Assembly (NCBI GenBank): GCA_951406725.2
Contig: OX597837.1
Coordinates: forward strand, 18,476,001 to 18,540,000
Direction of reading: 5' to 3'
DNA: 64,000 nucleotides
From: Octopus vulgaris
Lineage: Eukaryota
The translations under genes were made by a program, and so were the position numbers. The notes beneath the pieces are model-generated. The model worked only from the letters and a program-made list of their open reading frames with translations, was not told the origin of the DNA and did no database searches. Position 1 is the first letter of the stretch. Each line of letters opens with the position of its first letter. Below are positions 45,192 through 58,868 of the stretch, in pieces.

Positions 45192-46857
45192 ATGTATAAA
45201 AGTGAAGTAATCTTCACTTTTGCATGTTACATCTAATTGCTCTTATATACTCAGTTTTTCTCTCAGCTCATCTGTGTCTGATTGTTTATGCACCCTAAAA
45301 TTGCACATGGTGCAGAGTATATTTGCCTCATTTCTTTTCAGCCTTTACTCATTCTAGGCATTCAATCCTTACAATGCAGTATCACATTTTGTACCAAATA
45401 TCTTACAATCTTCTCTTTATTTAAAGAAAAAGAAAACTGTATTGATGCCAGGAGAGGTAACAGGTCCCTCAACCCTCTGTACCCATCTTTCCTTGGGCTA
45501 CTATTCTTTTCGAGCATCCATTTTCACTGTTGATTAGGTCACCCTGGTAATAGAGATTGTTGACTATGGGAACCTCTTTAGTCATTTCATTTCATGGTTA
45601 CCCTGTTTCTGTATATCAGCTATCTGTACACCCATAATTTACATTGGATGCACAATATTTCTATATTCCTGTTTACAGTTTTTTTTTTTTTTTGCATATC
45701 AAGCATGGCCACTCCCCAGATGGCTGTAGGATTCTTTATTGCAAAGACGTTTCTCTTTGCTTTGTTTCTTTTAGATCTCTTGATTCTGGGGCTTAATTCC
45801 AAGTTTATAGTTTTTCCTTTAATTCTTTGAGTGATTTCACTATAAAAGTTAGTCTCTATTGAATTCCTTTTTTTCTTAGTGATTACCAGGCTTTTGAGCA
45901 TGGCTCAAAGATTTTCCCTTGGTCAACAGCTGCTGGATTATACTTATATATGATAATTAGGTAAATGCTTGTGTTTACCAGCTTCAGTACACACACACAT
46001 ACACACACCAAAAACATGCACATAGCAAGAAAGAATAGTGCTTTATTTTGTATCAGATGCTAATGTTATCATGGAAAAATGTTTTAAAATTAATCATGAT
46101 GTATGTGTACATAAATGTGACATAGGCATGCATGGTTGTACAGATACCATGGTATATGCACATTCTGTTATTTGTTTCACATTGTCTGATGAGTTAATCG
46201 AACAAATATTTACAGGATCATATCAAAAGAAATTGTTGGTAAAGACATTGTGTGTCTTTCTTTTGCTGGAAGCAAATCATATTTTCTCCATGCTTTGCAT
46301 CATCTCTTGTGAGACCTAGACAAAGAACTGACATACACAACCACACATGCACATATATACACTTATTAGTTGCAGTTGCTATAAGATCACCAACCATCCT
46401 GAGGAGCACGAGGCAGACAAATAATTCAGCTTGCCTAGTTTATCTGACTGATTAGTTTCAGTTTTGCTCTGCAGTTTGAAAAGTTCATCAGAGTCTCCAT
46501 CTGTCAAACACCATATCAAAAAGTGGATATAAACTAAGAAAAAAAGCAAAAAATGCTGATGAACAATTAGTGTTTGTGTTGGATGAGAATTGTGAGCAAC
46601 AGACTGAAGAAAATGTTTAGCTTAGAACTAAGAATCTTGAGACTCAGAGATGGTAGGACAGAATTGAGACTTGTTGAGTTACATATTCTATTTAGATGGT
46701 GTTAGAGCTTTGAATAGCTTACTTTGCAGTATTTATTCCAGTACTTTATGCTTTGAGTTCAAATACTTCTGTGGTCAACTTTATCGTTCATTCTTTTGAG
46801 GTTGATGAAGCAAGTCTGAAGCTTGGTGGTGGCAAGATTCTCTCCCCCAACCCTTTC

Positions 46858-46954
46858 TCTATGGTGAACAATGTCTATGTTAGTGTTTGGCGCACGCTAC
46901 TATCGCTCTCCTCCGGCCCTCATCCTGAGGTTATGGAAATAGCAAAGATTGTTA
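46858..46954 (+). pseudogene. Intronic partial duplicate of Raptor exon sequence 37261-37357
   Basis: 94 of 97 nt identical; lacks the original splice sites. Confidence 0.92.
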
Positions 46955-47413
46955 CTGTCTCTAGCAATCTGTTTCAAGACCTGCTGAATGATAGACGCTG
47001 CCAAATTTAAATCACTCAAGCCATACCATGTGCCACAATAGTGCTCCTAAGATTCCATCAAAAGTTGAGGGCTTAGAACAAGGCCATATATTCAGTTGCA
47101 GACATGTCCAGCTTTGTTATGGATATAACTTAAGAACGAAGGGACTTTAGTGTTATTGCTTCATTTGTTCAGCAAAACCAGCTTCAGTAAATTCTCAGAC
47201 ATATAATTTCTTCAACTGGAAAGCAGATCTTTTACTTGTTTTAGTCATTAGACTGTGGCCATGCTGGGGCACCACCTTGAAGAACTTTTTGTCAAATGAA
47301 TCAATTCCAGTGCTTTTTCTTTTAAGCTTGGTGCTTAGTCTATTGATCTCTTTTGCTGAACTGCTAAGTTATGGGGACATAAACACACCAACAGTGGAGG
47401 GGGACAAACACAG

Positions 47414-47446
<33 letters not shown>

Positions 47447-48120
47447 CACACGACAAGCTTCTTTAAGTTTCCATCTACCAAATCCACCCACAAGGCTTTG
47501 GTCAGCCCAAGGCTATAGTAGAAAACACTTTCCCAAGGTGCCATGCAGTTGGACTGAACCTGGAACCATATGGTTGGAAAGCAAACCTCTTTGCAACCAT
47601 GCTGTGCCTGTATGTATATCTTTTGCTGGTATGGGTCGAGGATGTAAACATTTACTAGAAAGCAGTGAAAAAAAAACAGTGATCTTTGAACAAAGTCCTT
47701 CGTGATTTTTGTTCTACACTGAGTTGCTAATACTCCTTTGTTACTTTAATTGCTGTCAGGGTTGCAGGAAATCATCAAGCTGGCTGAGTGGTTAAGAAGT
47801 TTGCTACCACTTTGCCTCTGAGTTCAATCCCACTGCATAGAGCCTTGAGTAAGATTTGGTAAATGGGAAACTATGGAAACCTGTGGTATGTTTGTGGTAA
47901 TATGTTGTGGAACCTAAAGAGCATGTAACTCTATAAAGAGTGATAACTCAGATGTACTCAGTCATCTGATGACTAGATATCAGTAAACAAGTACTGTAAC
48001 TCCTGGATTTGATATGACCTACGAAAACCCCTTGAAGCATAGATACAATCCAGTAGCTAGAACCAGCAAAAGAATAAAAGGATCTCATTAATAAACACAT
48101 CTATATTAATCTTTCATACC

Positions 48121-48915
48121 AGCAATCTTATTACCATCTCTAGTTATCTCGTTACCATCTCTAGCAGTCACGTTATCAATTCTAGCAACCTCATTATGTT
48201 TCTAGCAATTTTGTTACCATCCCTAACAATCTCCTTATTGTCTCTAGCAATCTTGTTACTGTCTCTAGCAATCTCGTTACTGTCTTTAGCAATCTCGTTA
48301 CTTTCTCTATCAATCTCGTTACTGTCTATCAATCTTGTTACTGTCTCTAGCAATCTTGTTACTGTCTCTAGCAATCTCGTTACCGTCTCTAGCAGTCTCG
48401 TTACCATCCTTAGCAATCTCGTTACTGTCTCTAGCAATCTTCTTACCATCTCCAGCAATCTTGTTAACGTCTCTAGCAATCTCATTACTATCCCTAGCAA
48501 TCTTGTTACTGTCTCTAGCAATCTCATTACTATCCCTAGCAATCTTGTTACTGTCTCTAGCAGTCTTGTTACCGTCTTTAGCAATCTTGTTACTGTCTCT
48601 AGCAGTCTTGTTACCGTCTTTAGCAATCTTGTTACTGTCTCTAGCAATCTCGTTACTGTCTCTAGCAGTCTCGTTACCGTCTTTAGCAATCTTGTTACTG
48701 TCTCTAGCAATCTTGTTAACGTCTCTAGCAATCTCATTACTATCCCTAGCAATCTTGTTACTGTCTCTAGCAATCTCATTACTATCCCTAGCAATCTTGT
48801 TACTGTCTCTAGCAATCTCGTTATCGTCTCTAGCAGTCTTGTTACCGTCTTTAGCAATCTCGTTACCGTCTCTAGCAATCTCATTACCATCTCTAGCAAT
48901 CTCATTACTATCTCT
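48121..48915. repeat. 21-bp minisatellite (agcaatcttgttactgtctct), about 38 units
   Basis: Directly visible; explains the heptapeptide-repeat ORFs on both strands. Confidence 0.97.
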
Positions 48916-48994
48916 CACGACCTCATTGTCACCCCATCACTATAATTTTGCTGCTCTGTTTTAAAGCCTGCCTCCTGCTTCTGCTTGCATTAAG

Positions 48995-49168
48995 TACTGC
49001 TGCTGCTGCTGCTGCTACTAGCACTACTACCACCAACATCAACTTTAACGATCACTACATATTCTCAAATTCTTTTTGCTACTACTACTACTACTACTAA
49101 GCACACCATTAATACTAACATTACTTCACAAACTACTACTACTACTACTATTACTACTACTACTACTA
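48995..49168. repeat. (GCT)n/(ACT)n trinucleotide repeats
   Basis: Directly visible. Confidence 0.85.
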
Positions 49169-49251
49169 ACCCAACAAAAGGCAGTTGACGAGCGCTTAGC
49201 AGTTAAGTGAGGATCCTGTAGGCTGTGATTTGATAAATTTGTTTGTTTCAG

Positions 49252-49352
49252 GCTACAGAGCCGTTGACTAAAAATCACTTCTCTTCTAATTCCTGCCAGT
49301 CCGCACCATCAAGTCCACCCGGTCGTGGCTCCAACTTTGCTGCAATGAGGAA
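49252..49352 (+). CDS. RPTOR: Raptor exon (QSAPxSP phosphosite region)
   Basis: cag|ATEPLTKNHFSSNSCQSAPSSPPGRGSNFAAMR|gtaagt; resembles human QSAPASP; phase 0/2. Confidence 0.9.
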
Positions 49353-50535
49353 GTAAGTAGTCTTGTTGTTGCTGTTTTTCTTTTCATTTTTTTTATATTC
49401 ATGTTTATTTACTTTTGTTATTGTTATTGAAGGTGCATGGCTCTGGTTAGAATGTCGGACTCTAATCATGAAGTAATGAGTTCAGTTCTTGGACTGAGCT
49501 GTGTGTTGTGTTCTTGAGCAAGACACTTTATTTCACATTGCTCCAGTTTCACTCAGCTGTAGAAATGAATTGTGACATCACTGGTGCCAAGCTGTATTGG
49601 TAGTGTGGAGTGGCGAGGCTGCTATGCTTGGGTAACTGCTGGTCTTCCATAAACAACCTTACCCGAGGTGCAATCCCATGGTCATTCATGACTGAAGGAG
49701 GGACTTGCTCAAACTGGACCTGATCTTGAATACTTGTAACAGACTGGGGGACTTCCCTAAAGACACCCAAGGACCATGTGGGGGTGTTAAACTGAGTGAC
49801 AGATTAAGTCTGTCCTTCAAATTGGTCATGGTGGGATTTGGACTCGGAATACTAAGAGATAGAACAAATACCATAAGCAACTCTCTAGTGATTCCACCAG
49901 AACACAGTCTTTGATGGGACTCCATTTACTGAGAAGGTGAAAGGCAATGTTAAGTTTGGCAGGATTTGAACTCAGAATGCAAGAAGCTGGAGTAAATACC
50001 ACATGGCATTTTTATTCAGTGTTCTAAGAACTCTGCCACTTTGCTGCTTATTTCTGACATACATGAGTGAAAGTTGAACATTGGAACAAGTACAGTTTAG
50101 ATTTCAAGATTGTTCTGCAGAGATGGTTAAATTAGATATGCATCCTCTGTCTGTGTGTGTGTGTGTGTGTATGTGAGAGAGAGAGAGAGAGAGAAAGAAA
50201 GAGGTAAGGAGTAGAGTTTCCATCTGTTGATTATCCTTTCCAGGCTATTCGGATTCACTCATCTTCCTGCTACTTGGATCAATGAAGATGTCTCAATGTC
50301 TCAAATGCTCTTCATACCAGAAAATTCTATGAAAAAAACAGAAACAAAAGAACATATATTGTCCAGCCTATGCCAGCATGGAACATGGATGTTAAATGAT
50401 GATACATTGAGCAAACACTGCCACATGTTTAAGTAGAAAGTAGATACACAGTTATGTGGTCAGCAAATTTGTTTTCCAATCACATGCATCACATTGCATG
50501 GCACTTCCATCAAGAATCTTCTGTCATTGTCTTAA

Positions 50536-50755
50536 CCCTTTAGCATTTAAACCGGCCGTATCCGGCCAAAAGTATTCTGCCTGTTTTATGTTCAAACTGG
50601 CCAGATCTGGTCTCTCGCACCAACCCTACAATATCGTTTTAAAAATTAACAGCTACCTCATCAAAATCTCATAGCTCCAAGATAATGCCTGATTAGTTCA
50701 AGGTAATGTGGATAAAAAGGATTAATTTTGGCGGAATAATGCGAACACTAAAGGG
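50536..50755. mobile_element. piggyBac-like MITE
   Basis: TTAA-ccctttag ... ctaaaggg-TTAA; related copies at 55280-55491, about 15380-15550, and 421-1181 (interrupted). Confidence 0.8.
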
Positions 50756-51900
50756 TTAAGTAGTTCAAAACTTCAAACTCACTGTCAGTGCTATTCTTTA
50801 CTTTTGTTAAAGAATATTAAATGTACACTCTACAAAAAGTATCCAGTAATCCTTCAGTTTAATGTCAGACATTTTTTTTTATTGTAACTCAACATAAAAG
50901 CAAACATTAATATCTCTGTCTGTCCACACACACACACACACACACACGTACATATGCAATAGAAGCTGTTTATTGAGATTGTATTTGGTTGGAACCATTT
51001 AGATAACATTTGTTCCTTTCAATCCTATACTGAATACAATGTCCCCCCCCCCAAAAAAAAATGCAATGTTTACTGGTTAGCTTCAGTATTTTCTTTTATT
51101 TCAAGGACACATTTTACTCATGTGAAAGAAATTAGATAATTAGAAAAAATGCTTATTTTGCAATTATTTTGATAAAGAAGTGAAATGTTCAGATGATTAA
51201 ATATGGAATTCCTATATTGTGGTTTAAATATCTGCTGAATGTATTTCATTGTCACAGAACAGTTTATTGCAAGCTGGTTATCCTATTTCAATTTCCACAA
51301 GTTGTACCACATGGAGCAGGATTTCTCCTCTTTTGAAAATAACTGTCTTATTGTATATTCCTGTAGATCTTACGAGAACACCAAAGATGGTAATAGGATA
51401 TTCTTCCACTGAAAATCCTTCAGCTCCTTCATCTAAATTAACGGCAATGGATTATCATTATCTCAGTGATTTCTTTTCAAATTCATTTTTATGAGATAAA
51501 ATTGTTGCAATATTAGAGCACCATTTTATCTTTGAATTTTTGATTAACAAAATATTCAAATGTCAGTTGTCAAAACAATTGCTAAATCCACCCCTCTCCA
51601 ATTTATTCCACTTATAAGTTGTTTGTAATTGTCTCAGTAATGTTGTTTCTTAAAAAAAAAACAACCCAATCCATCATGCTGAAAATAGGTAGAAAATAAT
51701 GGATTACATATTTTGGAATATTTGAAACCTGAAGGCCATATTTCTCAGACATTTTATGGGGAAAAAAAATTCTTTTTTAATTTGGTATATATGCAAATTA
51801 ATTTTGAAAATTTGTTTTCAATTTCTGAAGTTTTTCAATGTTCGATTTAAAAGGAAAAGAATAATTTGAACCAATTTTGTAAATAAAATATATTTTTCAG

Positions 51901-52351
51901 TCATTCAGCAGATGTGCCGGATTCAAAATCTGATATGAAAGTTGACCAAAACAATGAAAAGCGGCCTCGTAGCCAAAATTCTGAAAGCTCAACGGAAGGT
52001 AGAAGGGAAATAACAAGTCCAAATAAGAAGAGCTCATCATCATCTCAGACTAAAGACTCCGGACTCAACAAAGGTGCAAATATGGCAAATGTCATGACCA
52101 GTTCCCAGGAACTTCGGCGCCAACAGCAAGGAACATTATCTGCTGGCTCAACAACTCATCGACGAGACAACTCTGGTGAGCGGAATCGGCGCAGTCCATC
52201 ACACAGTGATACGAACGGCACGGAAAGTGATTCAGCCAAGTCATCAAAGCGTGGCTCTCGTAATCGCCCAGCATCTCCTGCAAATCAGCTAATCCCTTAT
52301 TCAGCTCAGTTTCTACCAACACGGAAAATGTTTGATAAAGGGCCAGGACAT
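51901..52351 (+). CDS. RPTOR: Raptor exon (long S/R-rich linker ending in a conserved motif)
   Basis: cag|HSADVPDS...LIPYSAQFLPTRKMFDKGPGH|gtaagt; 451 nt open, phase 2/0. Confidence 0.92.
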
Positions 52352-53079
52352 GTAAGTATAAGCTGTCTCTTGTATTGATCTGTCATATGTAGCTTGAACT
52401 GTGAGTTTAAAAATGGTAGTGGTGGTAGTAGTAATTTATTTGTTTAGACAGAATTTATAGTTGACTGGGGAAAATGTGATGTCCATGTTCTTCCTTAATA
52501 TCACTTTATGTCTTTCATGCTGGCATGGGTTAGGTGGGACTGTTTCAGCATTCCATCTCTGAATCTTCAGCACAATCTTGCCATTTACTGTAGCCCTTTG
52601 TCGTCTGATGCACACACAGTGACAGAAATCGGCTAGTCTTTGTTGTTATTGCATACAGCATGAGTTTTGTTATGGTTTTTATGATTCATTAACCACTTTA
52701 CAACATGAAGTGAGTTCATCTTTATCTTACTCTTAGAGGTTTACTGTAATAGAACTGAAAGAGATGTCCCTACACTGTTATCACTCTAGAAATAGAAGAC
52801 AAACCTCTGTAAATTATACCCTTACTGTTTTAAATGAAGAAAAATACATTGGATCGTATAATATTATATACAAACAGATGGGATAGTCCAAGGTAGTACA
52901 CCTTTGGTCATAGATAGGTTTGTTCACTCAAGATATAAGATACCACCATCACCAAGAATAACAAAATCTTCAGAATTATTAGACTTTGATGTGAGATGGT
53001 TAAATTCATGCCTTTCTCAAAAGAGACTTGTTTGTTAGTGACTGTTATGGACGGTATGAAATGGTTTTTCTCCTGCTAG

Positions 53080-53293
53080 GTTGATGATAAAAAAGATGAA
53101 CCAGGGAATAAGGAGTTTAAAGAACCATTGGTCACAACCCAATTCTTCAAGTGGAGCAGCAAGTATTTTGCGCAACCATTGAAACCTGGAGATGAAGGTG
53201 ACCCCGAAAGCAAGTTATCAATGGAACGGGATTACCGTTTCCAACGCAATGCTACAGTCAGGAATGAAGCTAAAGTGGAACAGTTCAAAGCTG
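53080..53293 (+). CDS. RPTOR: Raptor exon
   Basis: tag|VDDKKD...VTTQFFKWSSKYFAQPL...ERDYRFQRNATVRNEAKVEQFKA|gtgagt; phase 0/1. Confidence 0.95.
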
Positions 53294-53765
53294 GTGAGTT
53301 TCAATCCTTTTCTCATTTTTCCTCCTCTCCTGCCTCCCCTCTCCCTCTTCTTCTATACCTCTGTTGTCTTCTCCATCTTTTCCTCCTTTTTCTTCCCTAC
53401 TTTCTTCTCCTTTCCCTGTCTGTCTCTTCCTTTGCATCTCTTTATTCTACCCTCTTCACTTTTCTCTTCCTCACCTTCCTTAATTCTCATTTTCTTTTTT
53501 ATCTTCTCAATTGAGATAAACTTAAACATATAGCTGAAGTATACAGCAGAGTGTTGGATAAAACGCTTTGAGGTGTTTAGTTACAAATAACCCTTTTGGT
53601 CAACTTTACTTTCTATCTATCCAAGATTAATAAAATAGGAAATAGTCAAAAACTGGGGTTGATTTTTATCAACTATACAGAGTGGTAGTGAAAGCAATAT
53701 TGTTGTAGTGTACAAAAGTTCAAATCTTGTTATATCTGTTATTGTATTGTGATCTTTGATGAGAC

Positions 53766-55100
53766 ATCATCATCATCGTTGTTTAACGTCCGCTTTCCAT
53801 GCTGGCATGGGTTGGATGGTCTGACTGAGGGCTGGTGAGCCAGAAGGCTGCACCAGGCTTCAATCTGATCTGGCAAAGTTTCTACAGCTGGATGTCCTTC
53901 CTAATGCCAACCACTCAGAGAATGTAGTGGGTGCTTTTTACGTGCCATCGGCATGAGGGCCAGTCAGGTGGTACTGGCATTGACCATGCTCAAATGGTGC
54001 TTTTTACATGCGACTAGCACAGGAGCCAGTCAGGCAGCATTGGCAATGACCACTCTCGAATGGTGTTTTTTTATGTGCCACTGGCATAGGAGCCTGTCAG
54101 GTGACACTGGCAACAATCACACTTGAATGGTGCTTTTAATATGCCACTGGCATGGGTGCCAATCAGGTGTTATTGCCATCGGCTGTGACAATGACTCCAC
54201 TTGACTCAACAGGTCTTTGTAAGCACAGTTTATTGTCCAATGATTGAAGTGAGGTCACGGTTATGGTCTCACTTGGCTTGCTGGGTCTTCTCAAGCACAT
54301 CATATTTTTAAAGGTCTTGGTCACTTGTCATTGCCTCAGTGAGGCCTAATGTTTGAAGGTTGTGCTTCACCACCTCATCCCAGGTTTTCCTGGGTCTATC
54401 TCTTCCACAGGTTCCCTCTACTGCTAGAGTGACACTTTTCACACAGCTGTCCTCATCCATTTGCAATACATGACCATAGCAGCACAGTCGTCTCTTTTGC
54501 ACACCACATCTAACGCTTCTTATGTCCAACTTTTCTCTCAGGGCGCTTACACTTTGTTGTGTATGCACACTGACATTACACATCCAGTGGAGCATACTGG
54601 CTTCATTCCTTGCAAGCTTACTCATGTCCTTAGCAGTCACGGCCCATGTCTCACTGCTGTATAGCATGGTTGTTTGCACACATGCATCATACAATGTACT
54701 TTTTACTCTGAGCGAGAGACCCTTTGTCACCAGCAGAGGTAGGAGCTCTCTGAACTTTGCCCATGCTATTCTTATTCTAGCAGCTACACTTTCAGAGTAT
54801 CCACTCCCACTACTGACTTGGTCACCTAGATAATGGAAGCTATCAGCTACTTCTAGTTTTTCCCCTTGGAATGTGATGGAAGCTGTTTTCTGCACATTTT
54901 CAGTGTTTATTGCACCACTTATGTGTCCATATCTTACACTGGGTACATCTTATGGAGTTTCTACCTATGCCTTTTCAACAGATTGAGTAGGGCCATATAT
55001 CTGAAGGGATTTGTGGTTTGCCTGCCTTCCTACTTATTAAGAATTTGGTTTTTGCTATGTTGACTCTAAGGCCCTTCAATTCTAGACCTTGCTTCCACAC
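53766..55100 (-). mobile_element. 5'-truncated RTE LINE (RT C-terminus, 3' UTR, (GAT)n tail)
   Basis: ORF 54308-54895 with FHYLG, MLYSSETW, RRLCCYGHVLQM, GRDRPRKTW; tail catcatcatcatcgttgtttaacgtcc. Confidence 0.9.
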
Positions 55101-55672
55101 CATTGAGAATTGAAATAATGTAATACCAGCATTAATTTGTGCTTCCAGGTAAAGCCTATAGTTCAGTTATGGCTGGATGATAATAGGTGTCATTCTTGTT
55201 TGCACGAGAGATGTTAACAACAGTCCAATTGGTTAACCATATTTTCATGCTTGTACCTTGATATTTAGTTTGTGGCTAACCCTTTAAGTATCCAGATTAC
55301 TCTTGTCAAATGTAATACTAATTTATTCACATTGTTTTGAATTTATCATTCATTATCTCATAACTTCAAGATTTTGATGTTGTGATTATCTATTTTGAGA
55401 ATGACATTGCAATGTAGGTACAAGAGACCAGATATGGCTGGTTTGGACATAAAACAGGGAGACTATTTAGGCTGGATTAAATGCTAAAGGGTTAAAGCAC
55501 TGTTTTTTGGTAGCTTAGAATGTTGATTGACTCCTCCAGTTTCTCTTCCATTGAAAGGATTATTTATTTCTGATCATCCAAATTACTGAAATGGAATATT
55601 ATTACTTGTTATTTGTTTGTTTCATGTTGTCATAGGAACATTTCACTGTTCTTCATTTGAACCATGTTTCAG

Positions 55673-55787
55673 GCCACAATCGGTTTGATGATCAAATATT
55701 CGTCAATAAGAACTCAGGAAGTCCTGCTGTACTGCGTTTCCACCCTTATGAGGCCCACCTAGCAGTTGCTGACAAGGACAATATCAG
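55673..55787 (+). CDS. RPTOR: Raptor exon (WD40 start)
   Basis: cag|(G)HNRFDDQIFVNKNSGSPAVLRFHPYEAHLAVADKDNI|gtaaga; phase 1/2. Confidence 0.96.
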
Positions 55788-56228
55788 GTAAGAAAGTGGT
55801 GGGGATTACTTTAATTTTGTTTTTTTATTTCCATTATTTTGTTTTTGTATGAATTGTTTAATAATTATTGGTTATCATCTTTCCAGTAGCCGTTTTTGTT
55901 CCATGTTGTCATGGGCTGGACATTTCTGCAATAATGCATATACTGTTGGACATTATCCCGTGTCCTTTGTCTTGGAAAATCTGTATAAAAATGTGTCCCA
56001 TATTTCCTGAAGTGATTACCCCTTTAGTGATCAAATTTTTTTGTCAAATGTAATACTTATTCTTGGTCAATTATTTTTAGTGTTTTGACAGAAAAAGTCA
56101 TTCTAAAATTATTTTTTAATGTAAGTGTGCCCAAACAAGTCAAATGCTTATGCTGGGCTTAGCTGCTAGTTATATATGTGTCTGTGTGTGTGTAAATGTT
56201 TATAATATTTCCTGTTATTTTTCTCCAG

Positions 56229-56353
56229 TATATGGGACTGGGAACAGGGTATCCAGCTTAGCCATGTGAACAGTTGCCATCCAAAGAACTGTCGTATAAC
56301 TTCAATGGAGTTCATCAACCCACATGACCAGGCTTTGTTAATGTGTGGTTCAG
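56229..56353 (+). CDS. RPTOR: Raptor exon (WD40)
   Basis: cag|IWDWEQGIQLSHVNSCHPKNCRITSMEFINPHDQALLMCGS|gtaagg; phase 2/1. Confidence 0.96.
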
Positions 56354-56640
56354 GTAAGGAAAATATTATTCTTTCTTGACATTTCATTCTGTTGTAATCT
56401 GTAAGTTGCCTCGTTTCTTCTTCCTTATAATCATCATCATTGCAATTATATACAAAATACTCTCGTTACGGTTATCAGTATTGACACTGTCCACAACAGT
56501 TACAGTTTGAGCTACACTTGCTGTTTTCTTAATGTTGCTAGAGTCAGTGTTGTTGTTATTGTCATGGTATCTGCAGAGTTTCTGTGTTTGCTCATTTTTT
56601 TAAAGTCTGTATTGCTAATATTTTTTATGTTCTTCTTCAG

Positions 56641-56742
56641 ACGATGGTTCTATACGAGTGTGGCGACACTACAGTGAGCAGGGCAAACAGGAATTGGTTA
56701 CTGCATTTCAGGGTCTCTCAGAGATGTTGCCTTTACATCGAG
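56641..56742 (+). CDS. RPTOR: Raptor exon (WD40)
   Basis: cag|(D)DGSIRVWRHYSEQGKQELVTAFQGLSEMLPLHR|gtaggt; phase 1/1. Confidence 0.96.
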
Positions 56743-57231
56743 GTAGGTATACTTTTGCTGATCACTGGTGCACACCACAGTGACCATTGCCACTACCACA
56801 ACAATCACCATCATCATCACTTTCAACATCATCATCATCGTTATCATAATAATTTCTACTACCATCACTGTCATTGCTACAGTCACTGCTGTCTTTAGCT
56901 TAGACTCAATTTCCAGTCCTACTTCCTTTTCATATTCACATTGCCATCCACCTTTTCACTACCATCACAGCTGTCTTCATTTAAGGCCAGCTGTGAATTG
57001 GTGGAATCACTAGTGCAGTGTTTCCCCAACTTATTTTCCCCATGGCCTGGCTTTGGGTAAAAGAAAATACAGAAAGATCAATTAATTATGATCTTATTCA
57101 ACATATTCCCCTCTCAGATTCACTCACTTATTGCAGTTCTTCAGTTTTTCTAAGCCCCGTAAGAACTTGGAAGGTTGGGCCTCTAACCAGGCTTTTCCTG
57201 ATACCCTTAAAGCCAAGAACTTTTCAGCTCC

Positions 57232-57280
<49 letters not shown>

Positions 57281-58868
57281 AATTAAATACACAACCGAAA
57301 ATGCTACTAATGGCTTCATTATGATACTTGAACAGGCATATTTATAAAATATGCCATGTATCTTCCTGGAAGAAATAATAATTCATTCCACCTTTTATCA
57401 AGCTGCAAACGACTGTTTGTCAGTTGTCTTTTGAGGTGTATTTACAAGATTTGTGGTTTTTTATTTTAAGATTATATATATGGCTGCAGTCCAGTGACTG
57501 AAACAAGTAAAGGTAAATGTTTTATATATATATATGTACACACACACCGTTATACATTGGTTGTTGCTGATATATATACACACTGTTGTACATCCCTCCC
57601 CATCTCATCTCCCTAACCGAATTCCCCTAGCATCCATCTCTCCTCAGCACATATTACATCCCCTATTCTTGGCACCACTCTCCCCCCTCACACACTCAGG
57701 AAGCACTTCCATCCCTCATTCTCATTATCATTCTTATACTAATATTTCCTATCAAGCTGCCCCTTAAATTTGTTCATCACTTATCTCTACATATACCTTT
57801 ACCCCTATTTCTAACCATCTGTTACTCTCCTCTCTCACCCTTATAAACCCATTTCCTGCCTTCTGCTTCCTGACTGTCTGTATCCTCTCTTAAGCTCACC
57901 TTGCTCCTTGGCATCCCATCACTACCATTTTATCTTCTTACCAGCTATTTCCTTCTAACCTGGCACTACTCTCTCAGTTATCAGAGGACAAAGGTTCCAG
58001 TTGATTCAATCAGCAGAACAGACTGCTTGTGAAATCAACATGCAAGTGGCTGAGCACTCTGCAGACACGTGTACCTTTAATGTAATTCTTTGGGAGATTC
58101 AGCATGACACAGAATGCGACAAGGCTGGCCCTTTGAATTACAGGGGCTACTTATTTCTGCCATCTGAGTAGCCTGGAGCAATGAGAAATAAAGTGTCTTG
58201 CTCAAGGACACAACTCATCTTTTGAATGTGAGCTGAATACCCTAACCAGTAAGCCGTGTGCCTTTCCCTTATATGATGCACGGTAGCCATGTATATTCTC
58301 TCTCGTAAGACACCTTTACTTGTACCTCCCAGCACCTGGTCTAAAGCCGCCTCCCCTCCTCTTAGATACTCTGCCCTACTTAATCAAGGGGTCTTTTTCC
58401 TTTTCTTGTTCTTTCTTTGTCTTGTAATTTACCTGGTGATCTCATTAGTGCTGGTGGAACAAAACGTAAAAGCGTGCAGTACACTTTGTAAAATGGTTGG
58501 TGTTAGAAAAGGCATCCAACTTTGGAAACTCTGCCAGAGCTGACATTAGAGCTTGATGCAGCCCTGAGGCTTGCCAGATCTTGACAAACCATCCAACCCA
58601 TGCCAGCATGGAAAACAGGCCTTAAACAATGATGATGATGTTTTAATTGGTTGATGTTGATATGTACAGACTGTTATACATTGGCTGACATTCACATACC
58701 AATCTCTCTTTCTCTCTCTCTCTCTATATATATATATATTTCTAATTGTGGGAAGAGTCATTGGTCTCCATCTTCCACATATATGCTATTGCATTAGTAA
58801 TGCTTTCCTGCATATATATGTGCTTAAATGTTTTTGTTTTTTCCAAATAAATTGCACTTCATATTTGA

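Noticed and set aside
46466-46497. Minus-strand CTGATGA...AAAC
   Set aside because: No stem II and no GAAA box; probably chance.
46753-47010. ORF containing Raptor-like peptide as a mutually exclusive exon
   Set aside because: Only part of the exon is copied, with no matching acceptor or donor; the flanks are repeat-derived.
48168-48964. Four 200-250 aa heptad-repeat ORFs
   Set aside because: By-product of a 21-bp minisatellite; the Raptor frame splices cleanly without them.
56584-57013. His-rich and Ile/Thr-rich ORFs
   Set aside because: Off-frame overlap with a Raptor exon plus a degenerate (CAT/CAC)n tract.
57280-57475. (TA)n-flanked segment with a caaacagtcgtt motif on the minus strand, possible PLE end
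   Set aside because: Core too degenerate to support a hammerhead call.
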